This document shows, in pieces, positions 51,403 to 63,028 of a stretch of DNA of 63,028 nucleotides. The notes under the pieces were generated by a model. It had not been told where the DNA came from. It worked only from the letters and a program-made list of their open reading frames with translations, and searched no databases. Source of the stretch: Macrostomum lignano (lineage: Eukaryota); contig NIVC01003483.1 in the NCBI GenBank assembly GCA_002269645.1, forward strand, positions 1-63,028, in the 5' to 3' direction. A program made the position numbers and the translations under genes. The stretch's first letter is position 1. Every line of letters begins with the position of its first letter.

Positions 51403-51834
51403 TCACATCCGCATTATTGAAAATCCTGCTTTATGTAATGTCATAATGGTCTTGATGACTTCAAAATTGCTAGAAAAACCATATCTCTCACAACTATCAG
51501 AGCTGTTAAATCCATCTCCTGCCTTAATTGTAATACCTTTGTCTCTTGCAATCTTTTGCAATTCTAGCTGGTGAGCTCTATCATTACCAGCTTTAACAGC
51601 ACTCGCTACACCTCCAGCTACACCACCTGCGGCACTTAGAGCACCGGTAATGATTGGGATAAGAGCTGCTAATTGAAGGATTCCTCCTGAATTTTTATCT
51701 GTGATGCTGTGTCTTTGCTCATTACACTGAACTATTTGCTGCATGGGATCGATTTTTACTTTGACACCTTTAATTGTTAAAACGCCTGATTTCTTTGACT
51801 CGATGATTTGATAGATTTTTTTGGCAGTTTTCAT
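51403..51834 (-). CDS. Adenovirus pX-like / amphipathic core protein of the Polinton
   Basis: GGILQLAALIPIITGALSAAGGVAGGVASAVKA resembles the adenovirus pX GGILPLLIPLIAAAIGA..ASVA segment. Confidence 0.65.
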   Translation of the reverse strand: MKTAKKIYQIIESKKSGVLTIKGVKVKIDPMQQIVQCNEQRHSITDKNSGGILQLAALIPIITGALSAAGGVAGGVASAVKAGNDRAHQLELQKIARDKGITIKAGDGFNSSDSCERYGFSSNFEVIKTIMTLHKAGFSIMRM

Positions 51835-51854
51835 TTCGATCTTAATTTTTTGTT

Positions 51855-52790
51855 TTATATTTTTAAATTAATTTCTATGTCAGCTGGAATTACAAGTAGT
51901 TCACCTCTTGTGAATGAACGTGTAGGGGATTTAGGGTTAAACGCCTGAGATAAAAACTAAAAAGTAATAGTCACTAGATGTCTGTCTATTTTATGTACAT
52001 CAAGACGGAAGCGATCTGTAGCTCTTCTTTTAGTTTCCTTCTCTAGTTCTTCAGGTAGAGATAAAAAGCGTAGAACTAAGAGTTTGTCAATATGTATGGC
52101 GATTCAACTCCTGAAAGCTTAGGGTAGTTTGAGGTGTGTGGTGTGTGTTGAGTGTGCGTTGAGTTGTGAGATTCTTTAAGTTCGACTTTGTCTTGTTTAT
52201 TTGCATAAGAAGGTTTTAGTCCAATCATTCGTGTAACTTCATTATTAAGTTCATCTGTGACGCTAGGTAGATAGTCTACCCACTTGGTGTAGTATTGTCC
52301 TGTATTAAATTTCAACTCTTCAGCTGTCTGTTTAGTAAATAGCCTTTTAGCTAGAGTTTGATTTAAACCTCTCCACTAACGCCTGATCCCTGTGTAGTTC
52401 CTTTTTACTATGGCGAATTCTTGTGAAATGCTTTCCCATAAGTGATTTCACCGCACCCATGAATTCTTTGCCTGAATCGGTCATTAAGATTTCTGGATAA
52501 CTAAGCGGCGAGTTTTTATAAATATATTGTAGCGCATTAGCAACTGCTTCTGATTGTTTATTCTTTAGTGGACGAGCTTCTTTATATCTAGAGGCGACAT
52601 CAATCACTGTTAGAGCATACTTGTTCCCTGAATCGTTGGGGAGAAAGAGTAAGTCTGCTTGGTGCGCCTCATTCGGTCTAGAAATATTAAAGTGTGGCCT
52701 TTTAAATTCCACAGGTGGAAAATAGACTTGGAAAATAGCTTGTTTAGACAACCACTTTTCTACTGTAGACTTTGGTTCCTTACTTAACTT
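51855..52790 (-). pseudogene. Polinton rve (DDE) integrase, frameshifted, with the N-terminus cut off by an insertion
   Basis: KWLSKQAIFQVYFPP, PNEAHQADLLFLP, YALTVIDVASRYK.A.PLK.K, LMTDSGKEF, VERF, WVDYLP.V..LNN..TRMIGLKP, RRATD, RSFTRGELL. Confidence 0.92.
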
Positions 52791-52792
52791 TA

Positions 52793-52930
52793 ATTACAAA
52801 AATAAATAGCCTTTATCATTTCGTGTGGCTTGTTGTGAGGCTGAACCACACGAAATGATAAAGGCTATTGATTTTTGTAATAGAGTTCACATGCTCTGCC
52901 TATTAGAAGCCCTGTACATTAAGACCAAAC
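52793..52930 (+). mobile_element. Penelope-like element remnant, 5' half (inverted end plus GIY-YIG C-terminus)
   Basis: 36-bp inverted repeat (52793-52828 / 52846-52881), then PHEMIKAIDFCNRVHMLCLLEALYIKTK. Confidence 0.7.
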
Positions 52931-53022
52931 TTACTTGACTTAGCTGCAGGGGGCTCCGTGCGTCCGGAAACAGCGAGAAGGCGTTGCCGCCCATTTCCCT
53001 AACCCCTGGCGACCACGGGCAG

Positions 53023-56705
<3,683 letters not shown>

Positions 56706-56968
56706 AATTCCACGAGTGGTCCGCGCAGCTTCCTGCCGGCTCAAGGCGAGTTGTGCAGGAGAGCTGCCTCTTCTGCCTCGCCGATAGCTCCAGGCTCCAG
56801 CTCCATGGGCTCCTCCCGGATGGATTCCATGGTCGAGGGCGAGGTCGCTACCTGGGCGGCATTCTCGCTCTCGCCCGGTTTTCCGGGGGGCCGCAGTGGT
56901 GACACTGGGCTGGGGGTGGCTGCGGTTGGGGGCCTTGGCGGTGTCCAGCAGCTGTTTCGCGCGCTGAG

Positions 56969-58205
56969 TCAGACCAGAGCGGATAGTGTTCCGGGCGGGT
57001 TTCCGGCCCTTTCCACGTCCGCCTGTTGCTGCAGCTTTCGCGGCTTTCCCTCTGACAGGGTCCACGTCCTCGGAGGGGTCGTGACGACCGGGAGCTTCTT
57101 TTCCTGGGCGTTTCCGCCCGGCAGAGCCCCCGACTGCCCGCTTACGCTTCTCCGGGGCGGTGGGCGGGTGGCGTCAGACTCAAAGCTAAAGAGCTGAATC
57201 TGCAACAGCCCGACAGAGATGATGGACATGTCCGGGTAGCGGAGCATCCAGCTATCCGACAGTCCAAGAATAGCCGTGAAACCGTCTCCGCCTGGCTTGG
57301 AGATGGTCTCGTGAACTACGACACCGTTGGCCGGTAGCTCCGGGTTGGAAGCCACTAGCAGGTGACGCAGCTCGTCGGCCTTGGTGATGCAGCTGCGAGC
57401 CGGGATCCAGGCACGGTGCCGGTGTGTCCGGGGTCGCTCGTCCTCCCTGTAGATGAACAGGTTCTCCAGCTCCGTACCCCAGTCGAAGGTTTTCAGCAGC
57501 TCGAGGAGCTGCTGTCCTGACTGGCTGTCGGTGGGCTGGATATAGAGGGCTTGGTCCTCGACTTTCGTCTTTTGGACTCGAATAGTAGTGCCGCTCAAGG
57601 CCATCTTGACCAGGTGGGAGTCCAACCTGCGCCAGATAAGGTCGAGCTGTTCGGCCGTAAGAGGCGTCTCCTGGCCTTGGATAACCAGGGCCGGCTGCCT
57701 TTTGGCCATAGCCGCGTAGGTTCGCTTCGGCTTTGTGGTTTGGCCAGCGCCCCCGCTTTGGATCCCTCCACGGCCGTGGGAGCTTCCACACGGGCAGAGG
57801 TCCGGTCACGGGAGGGGCCAGCCGCACCAGGAGTTTCGGCGGCACCTGACGCATCAGACCGGCGCGCGGGGTCCACCCCTTGTCGGATGTCGGCTCCTCC
57901 GCGGGGTTCGCAGAGTTACCGGCACCCTCCTCAGAGGTGGCCGGAGGGGCGGCTTTCGCATTCCTCCGTTCCTCCGCTTTGCGCTGGAGAAAGGCTTTGT
58001 AGCGAGCAATGCTACGGGCCTTCTTTTTCGAAATCTGAGGTCCGCTGTCTTGTCCAGCCACTCCGGTATTATCCTGAGCGGCGGCAGCGGCAGATTGAGA
58101 GGCACCGGGGGTTCCGGTGTTGCGAATGTCCGGCTGGGCCGCGGTGCCAACCTCGGTTGGTGCTCCAGCAGCCTCGGACGTGTCGGAGGTAAATGAATAC
58201 TCCAT
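56969..58205 (-). pseudogene. LINE ORF1 (gag-like), frameshifted
   Basis: Basic N-terminus KKKARSIARYKAFLQRK and a downstream 246-aa frame (FTAILGLSD..ISVGL..QL) directly upstream of ORF2. Confidence 0.65.
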
Positions 58206-58805
58206 GAGTCGCTGAAAGGCGAGTGGGGACTAAAGGTGAGAAGCCGCTGGGCCGTAACCCCAAACCCAACAACCAGGCCAAGAGGTAGCGACCGGGGGTG
58301 GCTTAAGCCCGTACCGGCCCGACCGCTAGCAACCGAGAAACTCCCCGGCTAAGAGCCCGGCTTGGAAAAACCAGAGGCCGAACCAAAGGACCATCAGCAC
58401 GGTACTACACTGGGCCCTTGAGGGAAGCAGGAGGACTGCCTCCGGAGCCTGCGGACTGGCCGCATACCCTGTTAAGGTCAGAGGGTGGTACCTGTTCCTC
58501 AGAGCCGTGGCCAGAGGTACCTGATACGCACAGGTGCACTTCCGGGCGGAGCCCGTACAACTTGGCCAAAAGGCCACGGATGGGTTGCCGCCGCCGGAGC
58601 CCAGTCAGTCCAGCAGCCCTGGAGCTGCCTTGAACACATGCGGGGCGTGAACCCCTGGGTCGGCTTGCGAGTCAGCTTGGAGAGAGTTCTCCTGCCATTC
58701 CTGCACCAGAATAGAGGGGGTGCAGGTGTGTAGGATCGCAGACCTTAGCCCGTAGGCCTAGTCTGTCTCATGCTACACAGGCGTGCTGTACCCGCCATTG
58801 CATGC

Positions 58806-59020
58806 TTAAGACCAAACAGCCCACGTTAAATAACCAACTTGCGATGGGTGGGGCTAGCCGTCAACTCAGATTTTTTTAGCTGATTTGTCAATGACCGGAC
58901 TGGCTTGAAACTGATATGCACTTTACCCAACCAATACTGTATCAAAAATTGATTACTATGTACAAGTTTTAAACCATCAATTAAAAACTCAATTCAACTA
59001 CACTTGGTACTCTCAACTAT
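58806..59020 (+). mobile_element. Penelope-like remnant, 3' half
   Basis: Continues the frame as KTKQPTLNNQLAMGGASRQLRFF* (stop at 58877-58879). The right boundary is uncertain. Confidence 0.65.
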
Positions 59021-59024
59021 CTAT

Positions 59025-59057
59025 GTAGTAAAGTTCTTTTAGTTTCTCGTCCGACAT
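59025..59057 (-). pseudogene. Probable displaced first codons of the Polinton integrase
   Basis: AAAA-ATG context and MSDEKLKELYY, similar to Polinton integrase starts. Some codons linking it to KLSKEPK at 52790 appear to be missing. Confidence 0.5.
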
Positions 59058-59087
59058 TTTTATTAATTATTTTTATAAAAAATAAAA

Positions 59088-59528
59088 ATGTCGCGTTCCA
59101 AACCACGCTTAGATGCCCATGGTGTGCTAGAAAAGCTTCCTCGCCCGATTAAAGGTTGGAAAATCCCTGGTTATAAATACTGTGGACCTCTGAACCCGCT
59201 TGAAATACAATTGGATGAAAAAAATAAGCCAAGAAAAGGACACGAACCAGTAGATGAGTTGGACTCTATCTGTAGGGAGCATGACATAGGCTATAAATTT
59301 TTTCCTGATGAGAAGTCTAGGTGGGACCGGGACATGCTCAAAAAACTAGATGAGATAGGACCTTCTAGTGGATTTCGAGAGTCCATGGCACGAAAACTTG
59401 TCAAAGCTGTCATTTCTGGGAAGGTGAAATTGGGACTGGGATTTGTAAAAAAGTGTTTTGTATTGCAGACACCAAATAAAGAAATAGAAAGACAATTGAA
59501 AGAAATTGGAGTTAAAAAAATTACTTAG
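59088..59528 (+). CDS. Parvovirus VP1u-type phospholipase A2 domain protein (PLA2X-like)
   Basis: PGYKYCGPLN Ca-binding loop, PVDELDSICREHDIGY catalytic HD motif, and a KVKLGLG tail. The ORF is intact. Confidence 0.88.
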   Translation: MSRSKPRLDAHGVLEKLPRPIKGWKIPGYKYCGPLNPLEIQLDEKNKPRKGHEPVDELDSICREHDIGYKFFPDEKSRWDRDMLKKLDEIGPSSGFRESMARKLVKAVISGKVKLGLGFVKKCFVLQTPNKEIERQLKEIGVKKIT

Positions 59529-59607
59529 GTTTGCTATTTTTTACGTATTTTTTGCCGCTGCATAATGTTTGAGAGCGTTCTCAATTTCATTTCTCAGCTG
59601 ATTCATC

Positions 59608-60159
59608 TCAACATTCAAGTTGGTTGAATTTTTTGTTGGTTTTATTATAAAGATTTTGGGTGGCTTTAAACTCATCGTCTGAGATGAACTTGTCCTCAAT
59701 TGCTTTTGAAATGTAGCCGATGATTGATGTGTGAACTCCTTTCTCATTTATTTGCTTCTCCTGTAGCTGTTTAAGTTTCTTTTGTCGATTGCACGCCAGC
59801 GCTCCACTGATTGCTGAGATAAGACCACATGCAGCACCTACAGAGCCAAGTGGAATGGCGATTGGAATTGTAATGGCTGGCAACACTGAGGCTGCAGATG
59901 CTGAACCTGTTAGAACAGACACAGACCCGAGAGTAATATTACTGTACTCAAAATATCTGCAGTGAGCTTTGTAGCGTTTGATATTCTTTGTGTTGTGTTT
60001 TATTTTATTTTCAATGTCTTCTCGCATTTTTTGAATCTCCACCAATCGAACTTGTTGAGAGTTACAAGTAATGACAGGGTAGAGTTTTTGCTGCTCATAG
60101 TGAGGTGCACTAGGTGCTTGGGTTGCATTCGGTTCATAAAGTGAATTTTGAGCGTCCAT
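59608..60159 (-). CDS. Polinton-associated coiled-coil protein with two hydrophobic segments
   Basis: RLVEIQK..IE..KRYK, hydrophobic ITLGSVSVLTGSASAA..IPIAIPLGSVGAACGLISA, then ISKAIEDKFISDDEF. Confidence 0.55.
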   Translation of the reverse strand: MDAQNSLYEPNATQAPSAPHYEQQKLYPVITCNSQQVRLVEIQKMREDIENKIKHNTKNIKRYKAHCRYFEYSNITLGSVSVLTGSASAASVLPAITIPIAIPLGSVGAACGLISAISGALACNRQKKLKQLQEKQINEKGVHTSIIGYISKAIEDKFISDDEFKATQNLYNKTNKKFNQLEC

Positions 60160-60345
60160 TTTTAGGGAATTTTTTAAAAATTGTCAACTAGCTGGTGATC
60201 TGTTTTACGTTTGATTGTTTAGTCTGCAGTGACGGCAACGGGTCTCATCGAATCTGCCTCTTCATTGTCTATGTTTTTGAGCTTATGCAAGCGTTCAAGC
60301 CGACTGATTCTTCTCAACGATTTCTGCCATTCGTAAAACTTAAAT

Positions 60346-60824
60346 CTATATAAAGCGTTTACATGCTTCAATTCTTTCATTGTTCCGATCATGCAACGCT
60401 GTTGACTGAGTCATGAACTCCTCTAAATTACTCACTTTGCCTGTGTTTGTGGAAACTCTTCCTTCAATAATATGCATCCGGCTATCAGTGGCATTTCTCA
60501 GATGATTAATTGTCGATGCTAAATTTGTTCTCAAGCCATTAATTTGCGTGACTACCGAAGTTATTTCTGACTTTAGTTCATTAGTTGCGTGTGCAAACTG
60601 CATATAAAGCTTATCACTTTCAAACTTCTGCTTAGCTACTTTATATCGGAGTTCTTCTATGTTTATTTGCAGTTGGTGTACCGACCGTTCCATTTGTTTT
60701 ATTCGATTTTTTATTGGCTCGATCTCTGGGATCTCTTCATCAGTGTTAATATAGCGCCTGTCAAGAAGGTTGTCGTGAGAGTTCCATTGCCTGTAGTTGA
60801 CTCACCTGCAAAATTTACTGACAT
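60346..60824 (-). pseudogene. Polinton coiled-coil hypothetical (frameshift near the 5' end)
   Basis: MSVNFAGES start at 60824 and a heptad-rich 115-aa frame at 60346-60693. Confidence 0.45.
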
Positions 60825-60829
60825 TTTTA

Positions 60830-61605
60830 AATGAAAGAATAAAAAATTCTAAAATTCTGTTCTCCTTGTTACTCATGACAAACTGATAGGGTTGGTTTCA
60901 CTTTTCATAGCACAGGTTCACAAATTCATCCTGTGATATTTTTCTCTTTTGAGAGTTGGGATTAGTAAAATGAGATGGTGAAATTACTTCATTAGAAAAT
61001 CGTTTCAGTCGATCCTGTGGTATGGTTGGGAAAAGGAGAATCAAATTACAGTTACCTCTAATTGTTTTATTTGGCAATTCAAACCAGTTTTGGGCAATAT
61101 AAATAACATTGCAGTTATTGTGCCTTACCCCGGGTAAAATAATTTTCTATCTGTTTCTGGGGGACCGGTCATGCAGTCATCAAAGACAATCAGGTGCTTT
61201 CTTCCCTTTTCTAGTTCATCAGGTTGTGGAAAGAGTTTAGTTTTAGGATCTATCTGTGGATCTCCATAAGTGAAAACTTTAATGTTCAGTGGCTACAACT
61301 TCTGGGTTGCTGTTGAGGTCTTTTTGATGTCTAAAACACTGAATAATACCTTCCTTGTTGAGTTTGTTTTGCAATCCTGCTACTAGCATTTTATATTCAT
61401 CTTGGTACAGAGTGGGTGAATAGAATAGTAGTGTGTCATAATCGAGGAATCCAGGTCTGAGGAGCATGTTAAAAACTCTGAAGGTTTTCCCTGACCCAGA
61501 TGAGCCAACAACAATGCATCGGAAGTGCCATGGAATTATCTCGTTGTGAGCAAATTTTATCTGATTGCGTGTCCAGTGGGGATGAAAGTCGTTTGTGAAG
61601 TCCAT
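60830..61605 (-). pseudogene. A32/FtsK-like DNA-packaging ATPase (disrupted)
   Basis: Walker A IVVGSSGSGKT, Walker B HLIVFDD, then YFTR.RHNNCNVIYIAQNWF.LP..IRGNCN. The frame is broken after about 61279. Confidence 0.92.
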
Positions 61606-61803
61606 TTTTTTATGTAAAAAAACTTTTTCTTTTAAACTTGTGTATTTAAGACGCGTGTGTCTCTTTGCGGGATGTGTATGTGTGTGTCTCTTTGCGGGAT
61701 GTGTGTGTCTTTTTTTTCGGGTTGTGTGTGTCTTTTTTTGACTAGTCCTACATCCGACTAGTCCTACACCCTTACACCTCTTTTACCGTCAGGGTGCACC
61801 AAA

Positions 61804-62078
61804 TTAGTCAAGTTTAAAACCGCCTCCTTTCTTATATTCAGCTCTCATCTTTGCGTAGATGGCTGGATCGACACTATCTGCACTCGGTGCAAGGGTTGAA
61901 TATCTGGTATTGATTTCCGGGTTTCATTAACCGTATTCTTTATCTTTTTGGCTGCTGTGGCTACACTGCCAGCCGTTCGGCAACGTTCTTGATGTTCTCT
62001 TTGTTCTCTCCAATGACCTTAAAAATCTTGGCCCCCTGAGCGATCAAATCAGCAAGGCCATTCCCAGAGCGTTCTTTT
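61804..62078 (-). pseudogene. Small basic core-like protein, copy B
   Basis: RSGNGLADLIAQG..FKVIGENKENIKNVA..VATAAKKIK..YAKMRAEYKKGGGFKLD*. Confidence 0.6.
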
Positions 62079-62216
62079 GATTGCGTGTTCAATGGGGATA
62101 GAAGTCATTTGAAAAGTCCATTTTTATTTTATTTTCATTTATTTTTATGTGTCTTTTTTGTTAAAGCTTTGTCTCTTTCTGTCACCTGTGTGTCTTTTTT
62201 CAACAGGTCTTGCACC

Positions 62217-62590
62217 CTAGTCAAATTTAAAGCCACTTCCTTTCTTAAGTTCGGCTCTCAATTTTGCGTAGATAGATGGATCAATACTGTCAGCGGTTGG
62301 AGCAAGAGGAGCAAGAGGTTGAACACCTGTGTTTCGTTTGCTCTCATTGACTGTATCCTTAATCTTTTTAGCTGCTGTAGCTACACTACTGGCTCCTTCA
62401 GCAATATTCTTTATGTTTTTTTGTTCTCACCAACCACCTTAAAGATCCGAGCCCCTTGTGTGATCAGATCGGCGAGGCTATTCCCAGAGCGTTCTTTCTA
62501 CAGAATACACCAGAATGCTCAATCAGCTTCCAGATCGAAAGCCAAAATTTAAAACCATAGACACTACTCCGTGTACGTGTGTCTCAAGTA
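62217..62590 (-). pseudogene. Small basic core-like protein, copy A (5' end uncertain)
   Basis: RSGNSLADLITQG..FKVVGENK..IKNIA..VATAAKKIK..YAKLRAELKKGSGFKFD*. Confidence 0.6.
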
Positions 62591-63028
62591 GTAGCAGTTA
62601 AGACATTAGCATTTTACATTGCTAAGTGAGCCATTGCGCATTGCTGTTTCTAATCCAGGCTATATTAAACTAGAAACTAGAAACATAGATGTAGCTTTAT
62701 ATGCAAAACTACTGAATATTTTCAATAAAATTCGTATTCAGCAAGTAAAGCTCAGCATAACAGCAGGGTCTAACAAGCCGCTGTATGATATATGTAGATC
62801 ATTCCTGGTTTCGAAATCCTGATCAGAAGTTCCTGTCCCATTTCCAAGTTCGAACTCCTAGGTTGAAAATTTCCAAATAGATTCTATGAACTGACTGTAG
62901 TTAGATGCTCTGTAAAAGAAGCCGTCAGTGTGCGTCTTATCAGACGGTGTTCACCCTGGTCAGACAGCAGCCGTCTTTCAAAGCTTGCTCAAGCGAATCC
63001 CATGCTGCATATTCGATTTCGATCTTAA

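Noticed and set aside
62563-62568. AGTAGT as the Polinton terminus, with a TIR partner TGTCTATGGTTT at 41061
   Set aside because: The match is only 12 nt and nearly the same word recurs at 42792 and 43016. The site also reads plausibly as coding (TRSSVYGFKFW) upstream of core copy A.
62600-63028. Penelope hammerhead or a further Polinton gene at the window end
   Set aside because: The CTGATAA and CTGATCA..GAAA words do not fit the CUGANGA core, and the short frames have no recognisable motif. Left unassigned.

Overview
This is eukaryotic (invertebrate animal) genomic DNA. Its style (poly-Ala/poly-Gln GC-rich exons, introns filled with 18-33 bp minisatellites) suggests a flatworm such as Macrostomum, but that is inference only. 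The left part (1-27 kb) holds three multi-exon host genes, all on the minus strand: an NCOA4/ARA70-like gene, NCKAP1/Hem (WAVE complex) and PKN (Rho-effector kinase). Their introns carry minisatellites, a hAT MITE and, between genes, two tRNA-derived SINEs. The right part (29-63 kb) is a nested transposon and virus graveyard. It contains an APE-LINE fragment, two related ~2 kb solo-LTR-like elements, RTE, Ty3/gypsy and CryptonA fragments, and a decayed Polinton/Maverick (adintovirus-like) element spanning about 41.7-62.6 kb. That element carries pPolB, an rve integrase, a packaging ATPase, a parvovirus-type PLA2, a pX-like ORF and a duplicated core-like gene. Its pPolB is split by two TG..CA insertions with 4-bp TSDs, and removing them restores the reading frame. 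Its integrase is split by a Penelope-like GIY-YIG remnant, into which a near full-length LOA-like LINE inserted with a 12-bp TSD. No hexon, penton or protease genes, TIRs, rRNA, tRNA genes or CRISPR arrays were found. All coordinates and identities were read by eye, no searches were run, and boundaries marked approximate may be off by tens of bases.
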